Numbered from the stretch's first letter, positions 10,761 through 20,303 are shown. The stretch: DNA of 64,000 nucleotides from Clostridia bacterium (GCA_050950825.1 JBMNIH010000004.1:544001-608000); one strand, 5' to 3'. Notes: a model not told the origin generated them from the letters alone. Made by a program: numbers and translations.

Positions 10761-11714
10761 GTGATTTTATTGAAACCGGTAAAAATAATTCTTAAGTTTT
10801 TATTAATCCTATCGACAAGCGTCATTATTTTGGCCGCGGTGTTGGCGATATATTATGCTTCCATCAACACCAAAAGCGCGAAAGTGTATTTGGACCAAAG
10901 GCATAAGAACATCACGTACAAGGAAACCGAAACGGGAAAGCTGAAATTGGACATCTATATGCCCAAAAGAAAGCTGTTTGCCAAAATTCCTGTTCTTGTA
11001 TATTTCCATGGAGGCGGTTGGGACAGCGGAAGTAAGAATATATCCGGGAAGGAATTGGAGATTGTAAACGGTATTCTTGAAGCCGGTTTTGCCGTTGTCA
11101 GCGTAGACTACCGATTAACAAGCGATACCAATAAGTTTCCCGTTCACCATAGCGACGGCGCCGACGCCATAAGATGGATTATTAAAAATGCCGACACTTA
11201 CGGGTTTAATAAGAATAAGATAAACCTTATCGGCGCTTCCGCCGGCGGACATATGGCGCTGTTATTGGGTATTGCAGGCAATCAATTCGGCGACGACACC
11301 TCGGATTTTCGCATTCGGAGCATTATCGATCTGTGCGGACCGACGGACCTTGCCGATTTGAGCGATTATACGCCGTCCGGACGGGAGTGGATGGAAGGTG
11401 TACTTTATAATTTTATCGGCGGTACCTATGAAGAGAAGAAAGAAGCTTACGAATTTGCTTCTCCCATAAACCATATTCGTAAAGATATGCCGCCCATATT
11501 CATGACCCACGGAATGAAAGACGATTTGATTCCTTTTGCACAAGCGGAAAAGTTCTATAATAAAGCGTTATCGGCCAAAGCAAAAGTAACATTTGTACCG
11601 GTAAAGAACGGGAATCACTACTTTGACGCTCCTAAAAACGAAGAATTGGATCCGCCCGTTATTAAAATCGCCATTAAAATGCTTGTTTTTCTGCTAAAAC
11701 ATAATCTATTCTAG
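10761..11714 (+). CDS. Membrane-anchored alpha/beta hydrolase, tandem paralogue of the previous gene
   Basis: HGGGW and GASAGG motifs; colinear and highly similar to 9770-10726. Confidence 0.85.
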   Translation: MILLKPVKIILKFLLILSTSVIILAAVLAIYYASINTKSAKVYLDQRHKNITYKETETGKLKLDIYMPKRKLFAKIPVLVYFHGGGWDSGSKNISGKELEIVNGILEAGFAVVSVDYRLTSDTNKFPVHHSDGADAIRWIIKNADTYGFNKNKINLIGASAGGHMALLLGIAGNQFGDDTSDFRIRSIIDLCGPTDLADLSDYTPSGREWMEGVLYNFIGGTYEEKKEAYEFASPINHIRKDMPPIFMTHGMKDDLIPFAQAEKFYNKALSAKAKVTFVPVKNGNHYFDAPKNEELDPPVIKIAIKMLVFLLKHNLF

Positions 11715-11765
11715 AATGAATATTCGAATGCTTGAGAAAATAGGGGAAGGCGGGAAAAAAATATC

Positions 11766-12389
11766 ATGCTGGATTTTAAAAAAGAGTATAAGAATCTGTA
11801 TCAGCCGAAAACATCGCCGGCTATCGTAGATGTTTCCGAAATGACCTTTATTATGGTTGACGGGAAGGGAGACCCGAATACAAGCGAAGCGTATTCCCAT
11901 GCGGTCGAATTGCTTTACGGTCTTTCTTATGCAATCAAAATGAGCAAAAAGGACATTTTGGAATATGTAGTGCCGCCTTTGGAAGGGCTTTGGAATCTTG
12001 ACGATGAAATGTTTCGAGGCGGCGGTGCCGCCATTACGGATAAAAGCAAATTCATATGGACGATGATGATACGTCAGCCGGATTTCGTTACAAAAGATAT
12101 TTTTGAAGAAGCGGTTTCGACTTTAAAAAAGAAAAAACCTCATCTCGACGGGTCCTTGGCGCGACTTGAAAAATTTACGGAAGGCTTGTGTGTACAAGTC
12201 ATGCACATCGGATCATACGATGAAGAAGCTTCAACTATTGTGCTTCTTGACCGTTATGCGGAAGAAGAGGGCTATTCGATTGATATTAACGAAAAAAGGT
12301 GGCATCATGAAATCTATCTTTCGGATCCTCGCAAGACGGAACCGAATAAATTGAAAACGGTAATTCGGCATCCGATAAAGAAAAAATAA
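11766..12389 (+). CDS. GyrI-like small-molecule-binding domain protein
   Basis: DFKKEYKNLY, GKGDPN, VPPLEGLW, HHEIYLSDPR motifs. Confidence 0.85.
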   Translation: MLDFKKEYKNLYQPKTSPAIVDVSEMTFIMVDGKGDPNTSEAYSHAVELLYGLSYAIKMSKKDILEYVVPPLEGLWNLDDEMFRGGGAAITDKSKFIWTMMIRQPDFVTKDIFEEAVSTLKKKKPHLDGSLARLEKFTEGLCVQVMHIGSYDEEASTIVLLDRYAEEEGYSIDINEKRWHHEIYLSDPRKTEPNKLKTVIRHPIKKK

Positions 12390-12410
12390 CAAGATTGAAA
12401 GAAGGATCTT

Positions 12411-12674
12411 TTATTTTTTAAACTTGCTGCCTTTTCTTGCCCTTAATCTTGCCATTTTTTCTTCGATGCGTTGTTTTACACGTTCCGTTTCATCGGGATC
12501 CGGTTCGATGGCTATGATTTCACCATTGTCAAGATAGACCGAGAGCCAATCTCCTTCTTTGGCATCCGAAGGAAGCATGGAAACATCCGCGATATGCTCC
12601 GTTTCCTTGTCGCCGGCTAACAAGACGGCTTTTTTTTCATCTACGATTCGATCGATAACGGCTTTTATCTTCAT
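12411..12674 (-). CDS. DUF3006 family protein
   Basis: VIDRI...AVLL...LPxDAKEGD pattern; typical position downstream of a ComEC-like MBL gene. Confidence 0.8.
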   Translation of the reverse strand: MKIKAVIDRIVDEKKAVLLAGDKETEHIADVSMLPSDAKEGDWLSVYLDNGEIIAIEPDPDETERVKQRIEEKMARLRARKGSKFKK

Positions 12675-12715
12675 GTACAAAAATGATTCCTTTCTTTTCG
12701 TTGATATCTTAAATT

Positions 12716-13867
12716 CTATCCGTTTTTCTCCGTCTCAATGCGGTAGGTTTTTCCGTCGGTAATGACTTTGACTGTACCGTGAATATCGGTTCCGTATATT
12801 TTTATATTCCTCTTTTTTAGCCTTTCGATGATCTCGGCATGAGGATGACCGTACGCATTTCCTTCTCCCGCAGAATAAACGGCTATTTCGGGGCTTACCG
12901 CATCTAAAAAAGCCGATGTACTAGATGAAGTGCTCCCGTGATGGCCCACGTGCAATATATGAGCTTTGATGTTATACCCGCGATCGAGAATTTTCTGTTC
13001 TCCGCTTTTTTCCGTATCACCGGTAAATACCAAAACGATATCACCGAATTGGATACGTGTTGCGATGGAATCGTCGTTATAATTTCCCGTAAGATCGCTC
13101 GGATGGATGACTTGTATGTATAAATCTCCAACTTGAAATTCTTCCCCGGCTCTCGGTTCGTGATAACCGGCACCGCTTTCTTCTATGGCGTCTAAAACTC
13201 TTTCAAATGTTTTCGTTGACTGAACATTCCCCGCGAGCCAAACCTCATCGACTTCAAATGCTTTCAATACTTTATCCATTTGCCCGATATGGTCGGCATG
13301 CTCGTGGGTTCCGATTAGGATATCAATGGACACAACGCCTTGGGATTTTAAATAAGGTACGACTTCATTTCCCGTATGGGTGCCCGTATCGATCAGCACG
13401 GTAAAGTTCGGACCTTGAAGCAAGGTGGCGTCGCCTTGACCGACATCGATAAAATGGATCGTCATCTCACCGTTATTGGAATCGGATAAAGGGTTGCTCA
13501 AGGGCTGTGTTGTTATCGCTTCGGATTCTTTTTGTGTTTCTTCGGTATCTTCCGGCTCGACTTTCACGGTAACTTTAATTTCCGATAAATTGCCGAGATC
13601 GGATTTTTCATCGGAGGTTTGAACATTGTCCGAAAGGGTTGTTTCGTAAGCAGAGTCGTTATTTTCAATCGTTTTGAAGGGTTCATCCGTAGACGGAATT
13701 AGTATCGTTGAAACGAAGAAAAGGATTAAAAACGCGATGAAAACGCCCGATGCTTTTTTTCGCGTATTGACTTTCAAAAATTTAATTTTTCCCGTGATGA
13801 TGCCTTTCAAGCCGATCAATATTCCGATTAACGACAGAAAAAACATTATAAACACCAATGAATCCAT
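12716..13867 (-). CDS. Membrane-anchored ComEC/Rec2-like metallo-beta-lactamase-fold nuclease
   Basis: HFIDVGQGD, THEHADHIG, FTGD, GHHGS, YGHPH motifs; two N-terminal TM helices. Confidence 0.88.
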   Translation of the reverse strand: MDSLVFIMFFLSLIGILIGLKGIITGKIKFLKVNTRKKASGVFIAFLILFFVSTILIPSTDEPFKTIENNDSAYETTLSDNVQTSDEKSDLGNLSEIKVTVKVEPEDTEETQKESEAITTQPLSNPLSDSNNGEMTIHFIDVGQGDATLLQGPNFTVLIDTGTHTGNEVVPYLKSQGVVSIDILIGTHEHADHIGQMDKVLKAFEVDEVWLAGNVQSTKTFERVLDAIEESGAGYHEPRAGEEFQVGDLYIQVIHPSDLTGNYNDDSIATRIQFGDIVLVFTGDTEKSGEQKILDRGYNIKAHILHVGHHGSTSSSTSAFLDAVSPEIAVYSAGEGNAYGHPHAEIIERLKKRNIKIYGTDIHGTVKVITDGKTYRIETEKNG

Positions 13868-14273
13868 ACATTATCCCCCTTTTGCCAATAAAACAAAACG
13901 TATGCCTAAAAGCATTCAAAAACATAAAGTATACGCTCACCAAAGTTTTGCTTGTTATCTTTAGTTAATGAAGCCTTATCCCCCGAATGACATATTTAAC
14001 GAGTTGATTATAGCATAAATATGTCGAAATATGTCGATTGAGTTACAAATGTTTCCTAAATCTTTATGCGGCTATGAAGACAGGGGAGATATTTTTGAAT
14101 AGTTCCTTTCATTCTTGGAAAGCTAGAATCGAGGTGATGTCATATGTCCGTCAAGCACGATAGAGAAAACAAAAAAGGGAATAAACAGGATAAGCTGAAA
14201 AATGCAACGGAATCGATTCCTTCAGGCCAACAAAATCAAGGCCATAATGCAAGAAAAGAGTCCTTAGGACCGA

Positions 14274-14939
14274 ATGGAAAAAGGTAAGATAAGAATGTCG
14301 GAAGAGCATATTCGTCAATTGCATTCTCTTTTTTCGCAAATCGAGGTTCATTTGCTGAACGACGATAAGCCGTCCGAATATCTTAATGCCGTTTATAACG
14401 ACCCGATGTTTCGACAATATCCCTTCGATATGCTCTATAAGCTGAAAAAGACGGAGCAATCCAAGGTGCACCATCCCGAGGGGAACGTTTGGAACCATAC
14501 CATGTTGGTAGTTGATGAGGCTGCACAGGCAAAAGCAAAAAGCCGTAATCCTGTCGTTTTTATGTGGGCCGCACTCTTGCATGACATCGGAAAGCCCGGT
14601 ACCACTCGGATTCGAAAGGGCAGGATTACGGCTTATGACCATGACAAATTAGGGGCGGAGCTTTCCGTAAGGTTTTTAGAATGCTTCACGGAGGATAGAG
14701 GATTTATCCGTGAGGTATCGGAATTGATTCGCTACCACATGCATATCCTTTATGTACTGAAGAGCTTGCCTTTTGCCGACTTGCAGGGACTGTGCAAGAA
14801 TACGGATATATGGGAAGTAGCTTTGCTGGGCTTATGCGACAGGCTGGGAAGGACGAATCCGGATCGTGGCAAGATAGAGGCTGACATCCGATTCTTTATT
14901 GAAAAATGCAACGTCTCCAATAAAAGCATGGACTTGTAA
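14274..14939 (+). CDS. HDIG/HD-domain phosphohydrolase (resembles the HD domain of multifunctional CCA enzymes)
   Basis: HHPEGNVWNHT and ALLHDIGKP motifs. Confidence 0.85.
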   Translation: MEKGKIRMSEEHIRQLHSLFSQIEVHLLNDDKPSEYLNAVYNDPMFRQYPFDMLYKLKKTEQSKVHHPEGNVWNHTMLVVDEAAQAKAKSRNPVVFMWAALLHDIGKPGTTRIRKGRITAYDHDKLGAELSVRFLECFTEDRGFIREVSELIRYHMHILYVLKSLPFADLQGLCKNTDIWEVALLGLCDRLGRTNPDRGKIEADIRFFIEKCNVSNKSMDL

Positions 14940-14974
14940 TGAGAATTCTTCATATATCGTTTAAAAACGGCAAA

Positions 14975-15579
14975 TCAATGGATTTCTTCAATATTCAGTT
15001 CGATGCCCTGTTCAACAAATGTGAGCACGTTCCCGGAACGCTCCAAACGATAGACAATATAGTAATATTCAAGGGATTTGGGATAAACATCCTTGCCGTA
15101 AATTGACCATGCTTCCTCGTTAGGTTCTCGAAGCACAAAAACACCCGTTGTTCCGTTTTGGCATCCTTCAAGTCCCGGCGCAGGAACAATCCGCTTGTCA
15201 TCAATTTGCCCGGTATAGCCGGCGCCGCACACAATATGAATGACAGCGGGTTCGAATGTCCCGATTAATACTTCATCTACGTTGATTTCTGCAGTAGTAA
15301 TATAAAAGACGGATTTTGCATCCTCCTTGATTCGAACACTTTCAATTTTAGAAATTGTACCTTGAATCGTCAAATTATTGCGAATAGATTTCATCTTTTA
15401 TAATTCGCGGTATTTCTTGCGATGCGACGAAGACAGGATTGGATATGGCTTGCGCCGCAATATGATATTCCGAAGGTGTATCCATTAAAGTACCTGAAGT
15501 ATTTCCGTTTTTCACATTCGGTATTGTAATCGCAGCGGCAACAATTATGCACAGGCAGGCTGCCATTGCACTCCATTTT
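14975..15579 (-). pseudogene. Fragmented anti-sigma-factor-like membrane protein
   Basis: TM segment KWSAMAACLCIIVAAAITIP in one frame, downstream extracellular domain in another; N-terminus missing. Confidence 0.55.
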
Positions 15580-16032
15580 TCACATACCGGCGGCATACCA
15601 ATACCGACAAACAATAATTTTTCGTTTTTCGGTAGGAAGCTCTGAAAGAAATGCGTTTATGGCACTCACAAGCAGCTTGCGATTCCATTCATCTTCCTGA
15701 TTCTTTGAATCGGCTACAATTGCCGACGGTTCATCCAAGACCAATGCAATCTGTCCGGAGCCGCGTTTCTCTGCTTTATTTCTCTTGTAAACGTTAAAAG
15801 AAAGATTTCTTACGATCTTACCAAGATATGTAGATAATATTTTAGGTCTGTTTGGCGGAATAGAGTTCCACGCATGCAGATAGGTATCGTTTACACATTC
15901 TTCTGCATCTTCTTGATTATCTAAGATATTCTTGGCAATTGATAAGCAATAGGATCCGTATTTCTCCGATGTCACGGAGATTGCCTTTTCATTTCGCTCC
16001 CAATACATCCGAACGATTGAATCATCATCCAT
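15580..16032 (-). pseudogene. ECF sigma-70 factor, truncated in region 4
   Basis: MDDxxIVxMYWERNE, DAEECVNDTYL motifs; stops at RYWYAAGM before the region-4 HTH. Confidence 0.8.
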
Positions 16033-16243
16033 ATGCGATTCTTCCGTTCACCTATATACACAACTTTTGGGTTTGAATCTTACACCTCTTTTCAACATTT
16101 TTTATGGCAAAAACCTTTGAATTCAATGCTTCGTCTTCACATGATAAATATCCTGTTTATTATAGCATTTCTCTTGCCATATTCGGAAATGATTTAAAGA
16201 AAAGCCCACAAGCCTTAAGAATTTGCCGGCTCAACGCCGGCTA

Positions 16244-16298
16244 TTGACATAACGGTCTAATAGTGTTAGACTAATAACAAGGTTTAACGAAATTAGAC
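16244..16298 (+). promoter_or_regulatory. Promoter TTGACA-N17-TAGACT overlapped by two palindromic BlaI-type operators
   Basis: GTCTAA-N5-TTAGAC at 16255-16271 and GTTTAA-N5-TTAGAC at 16282-16298 directly upstream of the blaI-like gene. Confidence 0.75.
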
Positions 16299-16311
16299 TT
16301 GAAGTGATGAA

Positions 16312-16677
16312 ATGAAAGATTACAAATTGGGCATGATGGAAACAAAGTTTGCCGAGCTCATCTGGGACAACGAGCCCATTTCCTCCGGTGAGCTGGTGAA
16401 GCTATGTGAAAAAGAATTGACATGGAAAAAATCGACCACTTATACTATGCTGCGCCGACTCTGTGATCGCGGTATCTTTCGGAACAGGGAGGGAACGGTC
16501 TCTTCGCTGATGTCAAGGCAAGAATTTGCCGCTCTGCAGAGCGAGAAGTTTGTTGAGGAGACCTTCGACGGTTCGCTTCCTAAATTTCTGGCGGCATTTA
16601 CGATGCGGAAGAAATTGTCCGAAGAGGAAATAAACGAGCTTCTGAGGCTGATTAATGAAAAGCGGGGTGATACCTGA
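16312..16677 (+). CDS. BlaI/MecI/CopY family transcriptional repressor
   Basis: WKKSTTYTMLRRL winged-helix motif and FDGSLPKFLAAF; coupled to an M56 gene. Confidence 0.92.
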   Translation: MKDYKLGMMETKFAELIWDNEPISSGELVKLCEKELTWKKSTTYTMLRRLCDRGIFRNREGTVSSLMSRQEFAALQSEKFVEETFDGSLPKFLAAFTMRKKLSEEEINELLRLINEKRGDT

Positions 16678-18044
16678 TGTGGATATACACGCTTTTACCT
16701 CAAATTCTAAACATGAGCATAACGGCAAGCATAGTTATCATTCTCGTACTTGCAGCCCGATTCCTATTGAAAAAAGCACCGAAGGTATTTTCATATGCCC
16801 TTTGGGCTGTTGTTCTTTTCCGCCTTATTTGCCCCGTATCTTTTTCATCTCCAATTTCATTGATAGGGTTCATTTATCCTTCGGCAAGAACGGTTGACAA
16901 TGGCGCTTACAGCAGTCTCACTTATATCCCTACGGATATGGTACCGCAGGTGGATTTACCGGTACCGGGTATTAATGGAGCCTTACATGGCATCCTGCAT
17001 GAGGGCGGGGAGGGGACTTCCGGCGCTTCGCTTGAATTCCCGATGGCTTTTGCCACAATGCTCTGGCTTTTCGGTATCGGGGTAATGATGATATACGGCG
17101 CAGTTTCATTAATCCGCTTGCGTAGAAAGCTCACCGGCGCCGTCCGGCTGCGGGAAAACATCTATCTTGCCGACCATATCGTCACTCCGTTTGTTATCGG
17201 CATACTGCGTCCGAAAATTTATCTCCCTTCGACGCTTCGGGGGGAAGAACAGAGCTATGTTATCCTGCATGAACAGACGCATATCCGTCGACAGGACCAT
17301 CTTGTTAAAATGTTTGCTTTCCTCGTTTTGGTTGTTCATTGGTTTAATCCGCTTGTATGGGTTGCTTTTGTATTTATCGTTAAAGATATGGAGATGTCCT
17401 GCGACGAGCGGGTCATAAAGCTCATGGGTGACGATATCCGCGGTGAATACTCGACGTCTTTGCTGTCTTTATCGGCGGGGAAGCGCCTGATAAACGGCGG
17501 TATGCCTGCCTTCGGCGAGGAGAATATCAAGGGACGTATCAGGAACGTCATGAACTATAAAACACCGGCGGCTTGGGTTGTTATCCTTTCAATATTATTT
17601 GTGGTCGCTCTGAGCGTAGGTTTAGCGTTGAACAAGTATTTGGTTACATTGAATGTGGAAAATATTGCCGATGCCATTCTCACAACCGAGATAGAAGGAT
17701 GGTACCCGCTTGCAAAAGGCACGCCGTATCATCTCAATGAAGAGGAATTAAATTCTATCATCGAGTTGGTTAATAAATCATCGAAAAAACCCATTTTAGA
17801 TAAATACAAGCCAACCTACGGAGATCTGTATAAGACGTATTGCACAATTCAATTCGTGATGGCAGGTGCAAACGGCGTACCCGAAGGAACGTACAGGCTT
17901 CAGCTATACAATCATAAGGATTGGAACATCCTTCGCGGTGAAAGCGAGTATAAGCTTGCGCTCGTTGATACCGACGGAAATAAAATGTGGCAGCTCTCGT
18001 ATGATACATGTTACCAATTTAAGAGCCGCTCGAACAATATTTAA
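16677..18044 (+). CDS. BlaR1/M56 family metallopeptidase sensor with a non-PBP C-terminal domain
   Basis: HEQTH zinc motif, HWFNPLVW, EMSCDE; TM helices. Confidence 0.9.
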   Translation: MWIYTLLPQILNMSITASIVIILVLAARFLLKKAPKVFSYALWAVVLFRLICPVSFSSPISLIGFIYPSARTVDNGAYSSLTYIPTDMVPQVDLPVPGINGALHGILHEGGEGTSGASLEFPMAFATMLWLFGIGVMMIYGAVSLIRLRRKLTGAVRLRENIYLADHIVTPFVIGILRPKIYLPSTLRGEEQSYVILHEQTHIRRQDHLVKMFAFLVLVVHWFNPLVWVAFVFIVKDMEMSCDERVIKLMGDDIRGEYSTSLLSLSAGKRLINGGMPAFGEENIKGRIRNVMNYKTPAAWVVILSILFVVALSVGLALNKYLVTLNVENIADAILTTEIEGWYPLAKGTPYHLNEEELNSIIELVNKSSKKPILDKYKPTYGDLYKTYCTIQFVMAGANGVPEGTYRLQLYNHKDWNILRGESEYKLALVDTDGNKMWQLSYDTCYQFKSRSNNI

Positions 18045-18276
18045 ATCGATTGAATTCCTCTGAAGAAAATATGGACATCGGATAAAAGGAATGATTGCCT
18101 CATTCGTTTGAAAATCACGAATATGATAGACGTGATGAGTTTGATATAAAGTGTACCCTTTGTCAAGGACAAAATGAGTTTTTGATTTCAATTCATAAAT
18201 GAGTATTCAGTGGCTGTTGATTCACCTGTCCCGGACTTTGAGTACTACCATACCGGTGTTTCGGAGTCAGGTTTCC

Positions 18277-18447
18277 GCATTTATTCCACGATCCTCTTGA
18301 CAACGAGCCTCTGCCGGCATGTTTGCTGGCATCAGAGGCATCCCCCATGCTGAACAAGGCAGAAGGGCTCTGGAGGTGGTTGATGCCCGGTCAGATAGCC
18401 TAACATGCCGGGCTCTCATTGTCAAGAGGCTTTCGCGGCATAAACGC
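18277..18447 (-). other. Conserved ~170-nt hairpin element (copy 1), candidate ssDNA promoter/origin or structured RNA
   Basis: Nested inverted repeats; homologous to 23274-23439 with compensatory changes. Confidence 0.7.
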
Positions 18448-18457
18448 TGCCTTCCCA

Positions 18458-19417
18458 TCAGCTCTCCTTGAATCCATTTGGCTTGGGTATATTTAGTGGA
18501 TACTCGCCAGTTGTTAAATATTTGTAATACTCTGCAGGAGATAGCTTTGCTAAATCCCATTGATATCTTTCGTAGTTATAATACTCTGTCCAGTCAGTTA
18601 TTGCTGATAGGATTTCTTCATAAGTGTTACACTCTTCGATATGAATTTCATCCTTCATATGTCCGAAGAAGGACTCTTGCGGAGCGTTATCCCAGCAGTT
18701 TGCCCTTCTGGACATTGACTGCCTTAATTCGCTGTTTTTAATCAGCTGTATAAAACTAAGACTAGTGTAATGTGACCCTTGATCACTGTGGATTAGGGTT
18801 TCTGCCGTTAAGGAAATCCCATGTTTTTCAATGAGCTGATTCACTGTCTCAAGTACAAAATCAACTTCCAAAGATGGACTCACTACCCATGCTAGGAGTT
18901 CTTTTGTACAGGCATCTATAATAGTAGACATATAGCATCTAGGTGCTCTACCGTTAATAATATATGTGATATCTGTAAGCAGAACTTTCCGTGGTCCATG
19001 TTCCTCAAACTCGCGATTCAGGAGATTTGGAGCGACATAGGAAGTACCTATCGCTTTTGCTATACGTCTGTATGGATTTGCTTTGCGAATTGGGCATTTT
19101 AATCCATACTTCTTCATAAGACGCCGAATCTTTTTTATGTTCATGACAACCGGTGGAGTCTGATGCAGTAATCTCATATAAATCCCACGTGCACCCTTAT
19201 CATATCCTCTGTGTTTATATGCTTCTATGATGAGAAGAAAATCCTGTTGATCCTGTTCTTCTTTCTGTTTTCTAACTTCTTCTGTAGTGAGATAGTGATA
19301 ATAGCCGGATCTAGAAACACCAGCGATTTCGCACAGGACAGAAACATTTAAAAGATTCCCATGCAGTGCTACTGTTTCTTGTATGATTTTATACTTGGCA
19401 TTTGCAGGAATGATCAT
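18458..19417 (-). CDS. IS3-family transposase OrfB (DDE/rve)
   Basis: TDITY, IHSDQGSHY, CWDNAPQESFFG motifs. Confidence 0.95.
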   Translation of the reverse strand: MIIPANAKYKIIQETVALHGNLLNVSVLCEIAGVSRSGYYHYLTTEEVRKQKEEQDQQDFLLIIEAYKHRGYDKGARGIYMRLLHQTPPVVMNIKKIRRLMKKYGLKCPIRKANPYRRIAKAIGTSYVAPNLLNREFEEHGPRKVLLTDITYIINGRAPRCYMSTIIDACTKELLAWVVSPSLEVDFVLETVNQLIEKHGISLTAETLIHSDQGSHYTSLSFIQLIKNSELRQSMSRRANCWDNAPQESFFGHMKDEIHIEECNTYEEILSAITDWTEYYNYERYQWDLAKLSPAEYYKYLTTGEYPLNIPKPNGFKES

Positions 19418-19818
19418 AATTCCCGTGCCTCCGGATCTAAAGATACAATTTTTTTTAGAAACTCTATCTCTTGCTCCTTATATGCCAGTTGCATCTCTAG
19501 GTATTTAATCCTGTTTTCTGCTGACATATAGCCGTTTCCAGCTTGCATATAAGTATTCAAGTCACGGAATCCATTGCCTTTTTTTACTTCATTACGGATC
19601 ATTGTTTTTAATCCGCCAATCCTTATTTCGCCTAGTATCTCGGGATTAATGCCAAGAGATTTAACTATATCTTTTGGTAATTTCCCTTGCATTAGTGCAT
19701 TCCAGAATTCTTTTTTGAATTCCGCAGAGAAGTGTACAGTGCTTGGTGATACATCCAGAACATACTTGCTTTTTCTTAACTCGGACATTTCTTCTGGGGT
19801 AAATTTCTTATTTGCCAT
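19414..19818 (-). CDS. IS3-family OrfA; probable -1 frameshift to OrfAB at an A8 run
   Basis: Ends EIEFLKKI; CTAAAAAAAATT slippery site near 19449-19456 with the -1 frame open into orfB; ATGA overlap; GGAGG RBS. Confidence 0.88.
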   Translation of the reverse strand: MANKKFTPEEMSELRKSKYVLDVSPSTVHFSAEFKKEFWNALMQGKLPKDIVKSLGINPEILGEIRIGGLKTMIRNEVKKGNGFRDLNTYMQAGNGYMSAENRIKYLEMQLAYKEQEIEFLKKIVSLDPEAREL

Positions 19819-19882
19819 ATATGCCTCCAATCCAACTACATTTATTGTAATATGCATCTGAATTGAAGTCAAAAACTGTTCT

Positions 19883-20030
19883 TGTCCGGAATATAGGGTT
19901 TTGAAAATGCATGTGTCCGAACAACAGGGATTATATAAAATCTATTGTCCGAAATGTAGGGTTTTTTCAAAAACCTAATGTCCGATGGTAAGGGTTTTGA
20001 AAACCCAAAGTGTCCAAGCTATAGGGTACA
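19883..20030. repeat. Five phased TGTCC-N7-AGGG repeats at the IS3 left end
   Basis: Copies start at 19883, 19914, 19946, 19979, 20011; the same motif forms the core of both terminal IRs. Confidence 0.85.
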
Positions 20031-20080
20031 TTATAGATAGTTGCGACGAGATAAAAACAATGTTTTGCCCTGAAATGTCA

Positions 20081-20105
20081 AAAACCCTTGCAGCGCAAGG
20101 GTTTT
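20081..20105 (-). terminator. Hairpin downstream of tRNA-Ala
   Basis: AAAACCCTTGC-AGC-GCAAGGGTTTT perfect inverted repeat. Confidence 0.65.
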
Positions 20106-20116
20106 CGGTCAAAATG

Positions 20117-20192
20117 TGGTGGAGACGAAGGGACTCGAACCCTCGACCTTTCGGATGCGAACCGAACGCTCTCCCAGCTGAGCTACGCCCCC
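20117..20192 (-). tRNA. tRNA-Ala (anticodon CGC)
   Basis: GGGGGCGTAGCTCAGCTGGGAGAGCG...TTCGG-TT-CGC-AT-CCGAA...GGTTCGAGTCCC...CTCCACCA; 76 nt, G3-U70 pair, encoded CCA. Confidence 0.97.
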
Positions 20193-20303
20193 ATACAAAC
20201 GAGAATATTATACCACATTTTAAATTTTCGTAAATAGAGTATAGAGTATTATCAAAGAAATCAAAAACTTTTTACAAATGACGATGAGCCTATACCGGTA
20301 CCT

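Larger units (their letters stand above)
18147..20035 (-). mobile_element. IS3-family (IS150-like) insertion sequence, apparently complete
   Basis: Terminal IRs TAAAGTGTACCCT..GGACA and TATAATGTACCCT..GGACA; 4-bp target duplication GATA at 18143-18146 and 20036-20039; orfA/orfB. Confidence 0.92.

Noticed and set aside
14022-14038. Tandem Spo0A-box-like TGTCGAA/TGTCGAT upstream of the ComEC-like gene
   Set aside because: A 7-bp motif is too short to support a call without conservation data.
18267-18560. Short ORFs overlapping the shared IS hairpin (also 23136-23526)
   Set aside because: Reading frames are not conserved between the two copies (non-triplet indels), so conservation is structural, not coding.
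19883-20030. CRISPR-like periodic repeats
   Set aside because: Conserved part is only 9 split bases with a 32-bp period, it matches the IS3 terminal IR, and no cas genes are present.
19985-20233. 82-aa ORF containing WWRRRDSNPRP
   Set aside because: Classic spurious translation of the tRNA antisense strand.
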